This document shows, piece by piece, positions 20,256 to 28,610 of a stretch of DNA of 64,000 nt. Numbering within the stretch: position 1 is the stretch's first letter; every line of letters begins with the position of its first letter. The stretch is from an uncultured delta proteobacterium. GTDB lineage: Bacteria > Myxococcota > Myxococcia > Myxococcales > Myxococcaceae. The position numbers and the translations under genes were made by a program. The stretch lies in NCBI GenBank assembly GCA_963713045.1, contig CAVQKE010000003.1:1024001-1088000 (forward strand). Reading direction: 5' to 3'. The notes under the pieces were generated by a model. That model was not told where the DNA came from. It did not search any database and was given only the letters and a program-made list of their open reading frames with translations.

Positions 20256-20642
20256 ATGCCGCGCGGACTGCTTACCAGGCTCGAGGGCGGCGGTACTTCT
20301 GCACGCGCTTCTGCCGCGGCGTCTCCGGACATCGCGGCGCATCTGCGCGCGTTGCTCAACACCCGCATCGGCTCGGCGCCGACCGCGCTCGCCTACGGGG
20401 TGGTCGACTTCACCGACCTGGTGCACACCTTTCCGAAGTCGATTCCCGCCCTGGCCGCTTCCATCCGGGCCACCATCCTCACTTTCGAGCCACGGCTGAA
20501 GAATGTCGGCGTCCGGCATCTGCCGGACGAGGACCCATGGATGCTGAAGTTCGAAATTTCGGCCCAGTTCGCTGATGGAAAGGGCGGCACGGTACGCTTT
20601 CGAACCGAGGTCTCCCCGTCGGGGCAGGTCGTGGTGGCCTAA
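20256..20642 (+). CDS. tssE: T6SS baseplate TssE (gp25-like)
   Basis: HLRALLNTRIGSA, YGVVDF, IRATILTFEPRL. Confidence 0.95.
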   Translation: MPRGLLTRLEGGGTSARASAAASPDIAAHLRALLNTRIGSAPTALAYGVVDFTDLVHTFPKSIPALAASIRATILTFEPRLKNVGVRHLPDEDPWMLKFEISAQFADGKGGTVRFRTEVSPSGQVVVA

Positions 20643-20661
20643 GCTGCTCGTCTGACGCGCC

Positions 20662-22404
20662 ATGTTCAGCAAGTACTACGAGGCCGAGCTGGCTTACTTG
20701 AGGGAGCTCGGCCGCGCCTTCGCCCAGGCACACCCCTCGACCGCCGGGCTTCTGGCCGAGCGAAGTGGAGACCCGGACGTGGAGCGGCTGCTCGAAGGCT
20801 TCGCCTTCGTCGCGGCGCGCATTCGAGAGCGCACCGACGACGCCGTCCCCGAAGTCATCCACGGCTTAGCCGACCTGCTGCTTCCCCAGTACCTGCGACC
20901 GATTCCGGCCTGCACCATCGTCGAGTTCCTGCCTCAGGCACGAGCCCTGCGCGCGGCAGTCAAGGTGCCTCGCGGAGCGGAAGTCGCTTCGACGCCAGTG
21001 GACGGCACCTCTTGCCTGTTCCGCACGACGCAGGACGTAACGCTGCTCCCGGTCACGCTCGGCGAAACTGTCCTCGACATGCCGTCGGTCACCAATCCGC
21101 TGCTCCGAGTCCAGGTCCAAGCCCCTGGGCCCGCGCGGGAGGTGCTTCTCAGCGAAGGCTCGCTCCGGTTTTTTCTTCACGGTGAATATCCACTGGTGGC
21201 GACCCTCTTCCTCTGGCTCTTTCGGCATTGCCGCGCCATTTCGGTCGGAGAGCCGAACTCGGCGACGCCGGGAGTGCGACTTCCCGCGGACAGCATTCGG
21301 CCGGTGTCCTTTGGCCCCGAGGCAGCGCTCTTCCCCTGGCCGCGGATGGCCTCTGAGGGCTACCGGGCAGTGCAGGAGTACTTCACGCTTCCGCAGAAAT
21401 TCCTCTTCTTCGACTTGGTGAATTTGCCGCAGGCGGCTGCCGCCCTCAAGGAACGCTTCGAGCTGCGCTTTGAGTTCGAGAGGCCTCCCGCCCTTCAGCA
21501 ACGCGTCCCGCGCGACGTCCTCCGCCTTCACTGCAGCCCGGCCATCAACCTCTTCCATGCCGAGGGCGAGCCCATCCGCATCCAAGCCCCCGGGCAGGAA
21601 CGCCTGGTGCGCGCCGCCGGCGTCGAGGCCTCCGCGATGGAGGTGTACTCGGTCGACCAGGTGCTGGCGCTTCGTCCCGGCCAACCAGAACGTGAGCAGC
21701 TCAAGCCCTTCACCGACTTCACCCACATTGGACAGTCCGATGCCTTCTACCAGCTGCGTCGGAGCCTCTCCCCCATCGACGACGGCGTGGACACCTATCT
21801 CGCGCTGGAATCTCCACGCGACGTTCCTCCACGCCTCGAGGAGTGCACGCTCTCGCTCGAGCTGACGTGCACCCATCGGTCGCTGCCTGGACGGCTTCGC
21901 ATTGGCGAGGTGAGTGTCCCCACGCCGGCCTCTCCCACCCTCGCCCGCTTCACCAACCTCTTGCCGGTGAGCCAACCGCTCCGCCCACCTTTGGGAAGCG
22001 AAGTCCTTTGGCGGGTGGTTGCACACCTCGCGCTGGTGAAGCGCTCGCTGGCAGAACCGAACCTCCTCGCCTCGGTGCTGGGGCTCTACAACTTTCAAGC
22101 GCTGGGCGACGAGCCGGTGGGCCGGGCCAACACCCGGCGCATCGAGGCGGTCCGCGCTGTCGAGGTCGAGCCTTCGCGCCAGCTTTTTCAGGGCGCCATC
22201 GTGCGTGGACAGCGCACCCTGGTGGAGCTGGAGGAGTCTGGCTTCGCCGGGCCGGGGGATTTGTTTCTCTTTGGCTGGGTGCTGGACGAGCTTTTCGCTG
22301 CCAACCTGACCCTCAACGCCTTTCACAGCCTCAAGGTGCGCCAAACCCCGTCGAAGACGGAGTACTCGTGGACGCCGAGAACGGGCAGCCAACCCCTGGC
22401 TTAG
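20662..22404 (+). CDS. tssF: T6SS baseplate TssF
   Basis: YYEAELAYLRELG..FA..HP, DPDVERLLEGFAF, QEYFTLPQKFLF, LHCSPAINLF. Confidence 0.97.
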   Translation: MFSKYYEAELAYLRELGRAFAQAHPSTAGLLAERSGDPDVERLLEGFAFVAARIRERTDDAVPEVIHGLADLLLPQYLRPIPACTIVEFLPQARALRAAVKVPRGAEVASTPVDGTSCLFRTTQDVTLLPVTLGETVLDMPSVTNPLLRVQVQAPGPAREVLLSEGSLRFFLHGEYPLVATLFLWLFRHCRAISVGEPNSATPGVRLPADSIRPVSFGPEAALFPWPRMASEGYRAVQEYFTLPQKFLFFDLVNLPQAAAALKERFELRFEFERPPALQQRVPRDVLRLHCSPAINLFHAEGEPIRIQAPGQERLVRAAGVEASAMEVYSVDQVLALRPGQPEREQLKPFTDFTHIGQSDAFYQLRRSLSPIDDGVDTYLALESPRDVPPRLEECTLSLELTCTHRSLPGRLRIGEVSVPTPASPTLARFTNLLPVSQPLRPPLGSEVLWRVVAHLALVKRSLAEPNLLASVLGLYNFQALGDEPVGRANTRRIEAVRAVEVEPSRQLFQGAIVRGQRTLVELEESGFAGPGDLFLFGWVLDELFAANLTLNAFHSLKVRQTPSKTEYSWTPRTGSQPLA

Positions 22405-23462
22405 AGACGAGCTCCGAGGCACTTGCTTCGCTGAGGCTCGGCTTCATGGCACTCGTCCGGCTGCTCGAGAAGCTCGCACCGGACGCGGTGCGGGTGGGCG
22501 AGCAAGGACCCCCGACGTCGGAGGGAATCCGCTTTCACCACGACCCGTCCCTTCACTTCCACGCCGGGGACGTGGTGGAGCTCACCCGGGTGGATGGCGC
22601 AGTCGACTGGAACACCGGGCGCGCTTCGAGCGTGTTCCACCTCACCAGCAGCTTTCTCGGGCTGACAGGGGCAGTCTCTCCGCTGCCGGCTTACTTCGCC
22701 GAGGAACTGGTCCTCGAGGACCCCGACCATCCCGTCCGGCGCGATTTTTATGACCTCTTTCACCACCGCCTGCTGTCGCTCTTCTTTCGGGCGGTGGTGC
22801 GATACCAGCTTTCCGCAGAGCACACCGCCCACCTCCAAGATGGCTGGAGTCATCGGGTGCTCGGGCTGTTGGGGGTGGACGTGGCCGCCGGCCCACCACC
22901 GGGGGCCCTCGGCCCAGCCCGGCTTCTCCAGCTTGCGCCCCTACTGGCCCGGCGGAGTCGCGGGCCCCGAGCGCTCGAGGTCGGCCTCCAAGTCGTCCTC
23001 GAGGAGCATCTTCCCGGTGCAACCATTGCAGTCAAGGAATGCGCCGGGCAGTGGTCGGAAGTGGATGCAGCCAGTTGGAGTCAGCTCGGTCAGCACTGTT
23101 CACGCTTGGGGCAGGACCTCCTCCTCGGTCGGCACATCTTCAGCCGTGCAGGTTCTTTCGCGGTGCACATTGGCCCGGTGACGTGGCGCGTCTACGAAAG
23201 GCTGCGCCGCGGCGGCGACCTGCTCGCACTCGTCCAGGAGGTTGTCGGCTGGTTGGTCCGAGACCCCTTGGATTACGTCCTGGTGGTCACGCTTCTGCCT
23301 CGGGAGGCGCCTGGGCTCCAGCTCACTGCGCAGGGAGCGTCCCGCTTGGGCCGTGACGCTTGGCTCCTCACCCGTGCCGAGGAAACCGTCCTGGTGGTTG
23401 ACCCGAGTCGCGAGGCAGCCACCGGGCGGGAAATGTTGCAGAAGTCCGGACGCCTTCACTAG
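22368..23462 (+). CDS. tssG: T6SS baseplate TssG
   Basis: GFMALVRLLE, IRF...PSLHF, FLGLTGAVSPLPAYF, DFYDLFHHRLLSLF. Start inferred at GTG 22368 (GGAG upstream), overlapping the end of tssF. Confidence 0.93.
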   Translation: MDAENGQPTPGLETSSEALASLRLGFMALVRLLEKLAPDAVRVGEQGPPTSEGIRFHHDPSLHFHAGDVVELTRVDGAVDWNTGRASSVFHLTSSFLGLTGAVSPLPAYFAEELVLEDPDHPVRRDFYDLFHHRLLSLFFRAVVRYQLSAEHTAHLQDGWSHRVLGLLGVDVAAGPPPGALGPARLLQLAPLLARRSRGPRALEVGLQVVLEEHLPGATIAVKECAGQWSEVDAASWSQLGQHCSRLGQDLLLGRHIFSRAGSFAVHIGPVTWRVYERLRRGGDLLALVQEVVGWLVRDPLDYVLVVTLLPREAPGLQLTAQGASRLGRDAWLLTRAEETVLVVDPSREAATGREMLQKSGRLH

Positions 23463-23485
23463 CCTTCCATCTCAGGGGGTGCAGC

Positions 23486-26113
23486 ATGCTGGTCGAGCCG
23501 AAAGCACTCGTTCGTCGCTTGACCCCAACAGCGACGCGGCTGCTGGAGGAGGGCGTCTCGCGGGCAGCAAGCACTCGCTGCTATGAGATTATTGTCGAGC
23601 ACCTCCTCACCGTGATGCTCGAGCAGGAGCAGGGAGACAGCGCTCTGCTGCTGCAACACCATGGCATCGACCGGCTGAAACTCAAGGCCCACGTCGACCG
23701 GGTCCTCCAGAGCCTGCGGACCGGAAACGCCGGTCGGCCAGTTTTCTCGGAGAGCCTGTTCCAGTGGATGGAGGATGCGTGGGTGGTGGCCTCGATTGAC
23801 GCCGGCGCGGTCCGGCTCCGGTCTGGCTACCTATTGGCCCAGCTCATCCTGCGCCCCGGCAAGTACACCTCCGAGAGCTACCCGGAGCTGGAAGGCCTGT
23901 CCAAGGACGCGGTGCGGGGCTCGCTCGATGAGGTGCTTTCGACCTCCCCCGAAGCCCTGGACGTTGTCCCAGCCGCGGCGCCTGGGAGCGCGGCCGCGGC
24001 CCCGCCGACTTCTGGAGCCGTGGGCACTGAAGCACTGCGGAAGTACGCCACCTGCTTCACCGAGAAGGCACGGGCCGGAAAGATTGACCCCATCTTCGGT
24101 CGACACCGGGAGATACGGCAGATGGTCGACATTCTCGCCCGACGCCGCAAGAACAACCCCATCCTGGTGGGCGAGCCAGGCGTGGGCAAGACAGCACTGG
24201 TGGAGGGGTTGGCCCGGGCCATCGCCCTGGGCGACGTCCCCGAGTCGTTGCGCAAGACCGAGCTCTACGGGCTGGACCTGGGCTTGCTTCAGGCCGGCGC
24301 GGGAGTCCGCGGGGAATTCGAAAACCGGCTCAAGGCAGTCATCGAGGAGGTGAAGGCATCCCCGGTTCCCATCATCCTCTTCATCGACGAGGCCCATACC
24401 CTCATCGGCGCCGGGGGGACGGCCGGCGGCGGCGATGCGGCCAACCTCCTCAAGCCCGCGCTGGCGCGCGGCGAGTTACGCACGGTGGCCGCTACCACCT
24501 GGAGCGAATTCAAGAAGTATTTCGAGAAGGACGCAGCGCTGGAGCGCCGTTTTCAGCCGGTGAAAGTTGACGAACCATCCGAGGCCGACGCAGTGACCAT
24601 GCTGCGGGGCCTTGCTCCCATCTATGAGAAGGCCCATGGCGTCACCATCCGCGATGAGGCGGTGGTGGCGGCGGTGAGCCTGTCGCACCGCTACCTCTCC
24701 GGCCGACAGCTTCCCGACAAGGCGGTGGACCTGCTCGACACGGCGACCGCGCGGGTGAAGATGGAGCTTTCGACGCGGCCGGACGCACTGGTGGCGCTGG
24801 AAACTGAGGTCGCCGCCTTGAAGGACGCCCGGACCCGGCTGAGCCGGGACGCGGCGGAGGGACACCCGACCGAGGACGGCGCCTTGACTGAGTTGGATGC
24901 CAAACTCGAAGAGGCCGGGAAGCGGATGGCTGAGCTAAAGGCCGCTTGGGAGAAGGAGCAGGCCGCTGTGAAGCGGGTCCAGGAGGCGCAGAAGGCGCTG
25001 GCCGCTGCGTCCGAAGGAACGGACCGCAAGCGGGCTGAGGAGGAGGTCACCAAGGCTCGCGCGGCCCTGAGTGCGGCGCGCGGCGAACAGCCGCTGGTGC
25101 ATGCAGATGTGGACACGGATGCCGTGGCGCAGGTCATCTCCAGCTGGACCGGCATCCCCGCCGGGAAGATGCGGAGCGACCTTGCCGAGCGAGTCCTCAA
25201 CCTCGAGGCGCTCCTGGAGAAGCGCATTCGCGGACAGCCGGCGGCCATCCGTTCCGTGGCCGAGGTCATTCGCATGGCCCACGCCGGCATCCGCAACCCG
25301 GATACACCGGTCGGCGTGCTGCTCTTCGTCGGTCCCTCGGGTGTAGGGAAAACCGAGACCGCCATCGCCCTGGCGGATGCGCTCTACGGTGGCGAGCGCT
25401 TCATGACCAGCATCAACATGTCGGAGTTTCAGGAGAAACACACCGTGTCCCGGCTGGTGGGTTCTCCGCCCGGCTACGTCGGATATGGTGAAGGTGGCGT
25501 TCTCACCGAGGCCGTCCGCCAACGGCCGTACTCCGTGGTGCTGCTCGACGAGTGCGAAAAAGCCGACCTCGAGGTGATGAACCTCTTCTACCAAGTGTTC
25601 GACAAGGGCATTCTCAACGATGGCGAAGGGCGAAGCATCGACTTCCGAAATACGGTCATCGTTCTCACCAGTAACCTGGCCTCGGACCGGACCGCGGCCC
25701 TCTTTGCCGACGGCGCTCAGCCGTCCGCGGCCGCGGTGCTCGAGGCCATCCGGCCAGTCCTCAGTCAGCATTTCAAGCCAGCGCTTCTCGCCCGGATGAC
25801 CATCGTCCCCTACGCGCCCATCGGTCCGGCGGTGATGGGGGAAATTGTTCGCCTCAAGCTCGGCTCGCTTGCACGTCGTTTGGAGACGGCACACGGAATC
25901 GAAGCCACCTTCGCGCCGGAAATGGTGGAGACCTTGGCTGCCCGTTGCACCGAGGGAGAGACGGGCGCACGCAACGTGGACCAGACTCTGCGCAACTCCC
26001 TCATGCCGGACCTGGCTCGAGAGCTTCTCGGACGAATGGCGTCCGGGACCGTCCCTGGGAAACTCGAGGTCAAGCTCGGTGACCAGGGCGCCTGGGCATT
26101 CGCCTTCGCGTGA
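23486..26113 (+). CDS. tssH: T6SS AAA+ ATPase TssH/ClpV
   Basis: RRRKNNPILVGEPGVGKT, LFIDEAH, GPSGVGKTETA, GEGGVLTEAVRQRPYSVVLLDE.EKA. Lies within the T6SS operon. Confidence 0.97.
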   Translation: MLVEPKALVRRLTPTATRLLEEGVSRAASTRCYEIIVEHLLTVMLEQEQGDSALLLQHHGIDRLKLKAHVDRVLQSLRTGNAGRPVFSESLFQWMEDAWVVASIDAGAVRLRSGYLLAQLILRPGKYTSESYPELEGLSKDAVRGSLDEVLSTSPEALDVVPAAAPGSAAAAPPTSGAVGTEALRKYATCFTEKARAGKIDPIFGRHREIRQMVDILARRRKNNPILVGEPGVGKTALVEGLARAIALGDVPESLRKTELYGLDLGLLQAGAGVRGEFENRLKAVIEEVKASPVPIILFIDEAHTLIGAGGTAGGGDAANLLKPALARGELRTVAATTWSEFKKYFEKDAALERRFQPVKVDEPSEADAVTMLRGLAPIYEKAHGVTIRDEAVVAAVSLSHRYLSGRQLPDKAVDLLDTATARVKMELSTRPDALVALETEVAALKDARTRLSRDAAEGHPTEDGALTELDAKLEEAGKRMAELKAAWEKEQAAVKRVQEAQKALAAASEGTDRKRAEEEVTKARAALSAARGEQPLVHADVDTDAVAQVISSWTGIPAGKMRSDLAERVLNLEALLEKRIRGQPAAIRSVAEVIRMAHAGIRNPDTPVGVLLFVGPSGVGKTETAIALADALYGGERFMTSINMSEFQEKHTVSRLVGSPPGYVGYGEGGVLTEAVRQRPYSVVLLDECEKADLEVMNLFYQVFDKGILNDGEGRSIDFRNTVIVLTSNLASDRTAALFADGAQPSAAAVLEAIRPVLSQHFKPALLARMTIVPYAPIGPAVMGEIVRLKLGSLARRLETAHGIEATFAPEMVETLAARCTEGETGARNVDQTLRNSLMPDLARELLGRMASGTVPGKLEVKLGDQGAWAFAFA

Positions 26114-27594
26114 GCTCACCGGTCGCCACAGGCCTTCCGCTCATCGTCCGAGTCGAGGACCTCGAGAGCGGCGCATCTGCCGAGCACGTCTTTCGAAAAT
26201 CCCCGGTGCGGGTGGGCCGGAACGCCCTCAATGAGCTGACCCTGTCGGCGCCCTTCGTCTCGCTCTCTCACGCCGTCCTCCGCTTCGACGCCGAGCGCAC
26301 CGAAGTGATTGACTTGGGGTCGACCAACGGCGTCCTGGTGGATGGGCGGCGCATCGAGCCCAACGTTCCGGTGGCCGTCACCGCACCATCCGATGTGCGC
26401 ATTGGGGCGCTCCGTCTGCACTTCGGTCGCCTGGCCACCGAGGCGCAACCCGCGGCGCGCGAGCAGACTCAATTCCGCCGCGCGACCGCGCAAATCCGCC
26501 TCACCCCCGGCCACGGCCTTCGGCTCCCACCTGAGCTTCAGGTCGACGGTGCCGAGACTCCGGGAGCCCCCTTCTCTTTGGCCAGTCCAGCTCCCGGTGC
26601 TCCCGCCGGCACCCCGAAGCCACCCTCGTCAAGCGGCGTCGAGGCACCCAAGGTTGAAGTGGTCAAGCTCGGAACGCCTGCCGGTCCGGCCGGGCCTCCC
26701 GAGGCGGGCGAGGCAGCTCTGGTGCAGTCGGTCGAAGCCCTCCATCCGCTTTACGTCGAATATCGCCAGGCTTGGCGCCGCATGCATGAGGCGATGCTGT
26801 CAAGGGCCGCTGGGTACGCCCCGCAGGAGCGGGCACGCTTTGGTTCGCTGCTCGAGGCGAGGATGCCTGCGATTTTCCAAGAGGAGCAGTTCCGCGCTTT
26901 CGCACAATCGGCTCCGGCGAAGGAGATTCCGGCGCCGGGCGCGCCCACCCCTGCTGGGACACTGGCCTCGGGGGAGCAGAGAGGCTTACTTCAAGTTTTT
27001 GCACGCACTTACGCCGGGGGAACGGAACTCTCCTCCGATGCCGATTTCGAGCGGCTCCTCGAGCGAATCTCCGAAGTGTTGGAGGCGTTCGGCACCGCCT
27101 TTCTCGAGCTGCGAAAGGGACAGGCCGAGTTTGGAGAGGGAATCGCGGTGCGGACGGTGACCTCCGACACACCGCTTCGCCGCGCCCGCTCGGCACAGGA
27201 ACTGTTGCGCCTATTACTCGACCCGAGTGCTGACGGCGGCGCGCGAGTCGACGACCTCACCGGTGGGTTTGGAGAGGTGATGATTCACCAGGTGGCGATG
27301 CTCGGCGCCACGCGACGGGGCGTCCGGGCGATGCTGGAACGCTTGAACCCAGCGAAGCTGGAGGGGGACGTCCCCTTCCCAGCGCGCCTGTGGCAAAGGT
27401 GGCAGAGGTTTGAAAGCGCCTGGAATGCGCTGGCCGAGGAAGAACATGCAGTCCAAGTGGTGTTCGGGCCGGAGTTTGCACGCAGCTATGCGATGGTGAT
27501 GGGCGGCCACGCGTCGGGCGCGACCGGTGGAGGAACCGGACACGCCGCCCGGGGCTCAGGCAAGACAGCGAAGCCGAAGGGAGGCCCTCGGTGA
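26110..27594 (+). CDS. tagH: T6SS-associated FHA domain protein (TagH/Fha)
   Basis: FHA motifs VGR, VSLSHA, DLGSTNG; Pro-rich linker; C-terminal HQVAML...LERLNP...FGPEFARSY. Confidence 0.9.
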   Translation: MSSPVATGLPLIVRVEDLESGASAEHVFRKSPVRVGRNALNELTLSAPFVSLSHAVLRFDAERTEVIDLGSTNGVLVDGRRIEPNVPVAVTAPSDVRIGALRLHFGRLATEAQPAAREQTQFRRATAQIRLTPGHGLRLPPELQVDGAETPGAPFSLASPAPGAPAGTPKPPSSSGVEAPKVEVVKLGTPAGPAGPPEAGEAALVQSVEALHPLYVEYRQAWRRMHEAMLSRAAGYAPQERARFGSLLEARMPAIFQEEQFRAFAQSAPAKEIPAPGAPTPAGTLASGEQRGLLQVFARTYAGGTELSSDADFERLLERISEVLEAFGTAFLELRKGQAEFGEGIAVRTVTSDTPLRRARSAQELLRLLLDPSADGGARVDDLTGGFGEVMIHQVAMLGATRRGVRAMLERLNPAKLEGDVPFPARLWQRWQRFESAWNALAEEEHAVQVVFGPEFARSYAMVMGGHASGATGGGTGHAARGSGKTAKPKGGPR

Positions 27595-28475
27595 GACGGC
27601 TGTGTGTGGCCGCGTCCCTTGCCCTTCTGGGGGCTTGTGCCAGCGCTCCCCCCGCACCCGAGGGCGTCTGTCACGCAACCCGGGCCGCCGGGGCAGACGT
27701 CCCCCCGGAAGCCTGGCTCTCGCTCTTGCTGCACAACTATGACCCCAAGACGCAGCATGTCATTGGCGCGCCCTTGGACTGCACCGGGACGCCCATTGCC
27801 TGGCAGGAAGCCGACGAGCAATGCGCTGTCCGAAGCGAGACCCTCCTTCCGCCGGGCCCCTTAACTGCCGGCTCGGTGGTCGCCGTCCCACTCGAAGAAA
27901 CGACGCGGTTGGTCTGGGTGCCCGTCCAGCGCTTTCCCGACGGCGACGCCCTGGGGGTGCTGGCGCGGGTGCAGGTCCGCGCCGACTCGCTGGTGGTGCT
28001 GGCGGTCGGCTCAGCGCGCGCCGGGCTTGACCGGACCCTCCTGAAGCTCGAGCGGCTCAACGACGTCGACCTGGCCATACTCGAGGGTGACCGGTGCGAC
28101 GGACCGGTGTGCCAGCGCTTTGCGCGGCTGATTCCGCAGCGCGGCCGGCGTTTCATCGCTGAGCCCCTCCGCACGCCGACTGGCGTCTGTGCCGGTCCTG
28201 CCTCCTTTGCCATCAAGCGCCAGCGAGAACAGTCCCTCCCGTCGGGGCTGCACCGCGTTTTTGAATTGGAGAGCACGCTTGCGTTCTCACCCACCCAGCT
28301 TCTCGTCCATGAGCAGCTCTTCGTGAAAGACCGCGACCCTCACCAGCCCCCCTCCCAAGCGCGGCTGTACCGGAGCGCCCAAGACGACCGGGTGGTGACC
28401 GCGACGTCTGACCGCCTGGTGGTCGACAAGCCATCCCTGTGGGCGCGCCTCTCGGAGTTCTCCGACGCGCACTGA
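27591..28475 (+). CDS. Hypothetical Cys-rich lipoprotein translationally coupled to the T6SS operon
   Basis: GTGA overlap with tagH; lipobox LGAC; six further Cys. Confidence 0.8.
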   Translation: MRRLCVAASLALLGACASAPPAPEGVCHATRAAGADVPPEAWLSLLLHNYDPKTQHVIGAPLDCTGTPIAWQEADEQCAVRSETLLPPGPLTAGSVVAVPLEETTRLVWVPVQRFPDGDALGVLARVQVRADSLVVLAVGSARAGLDRTLLKLERLNDVDLAILEGDRCDGPVCQRFARLIPQRGRRFIAEPLRTPTGVCAGPASFAIKRQREQSLPSGLHRVFELESTLAFSPTQLLVHEQLFVKDRDPHQPPSQARLYRSAQDDRVVTATSDRLVVDKPSLWARLSEFSDAH

Positions 28476-28540
28476 CAACGCCCCTCCCAGAAGCGCTTAC
28501 CCCCAGGGCGTCTTTGGAAGAGTCACGCCGCGCCGCCGGG

Positions 28541-28546
28541 TATAAT
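28541..28546 (+). promoter_or_regulatory. Possible sigma70 -10 box upstream of the lytic transglycosylase gene
   Basis: Perfect TATAAT in an intergenic GC-rich stretch about 65 nt before ATG 28611. No well-spaced -35 is visible. Confidence 0.35.
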
Positions 28547-28610
28547 TGTTGAGCAGCGCCTCGCCCGAGCCCTCGCTCGCGCCGAGGACCTCGGAGGAGA
28601 CGCAAGGACC

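Noticed and set aside
21843..22367. N-terminal extension of TssG
   Set aside because: Overlaps tssF in another frame and reads as low-complexity junk. An RBS and GTG are present at 22368.
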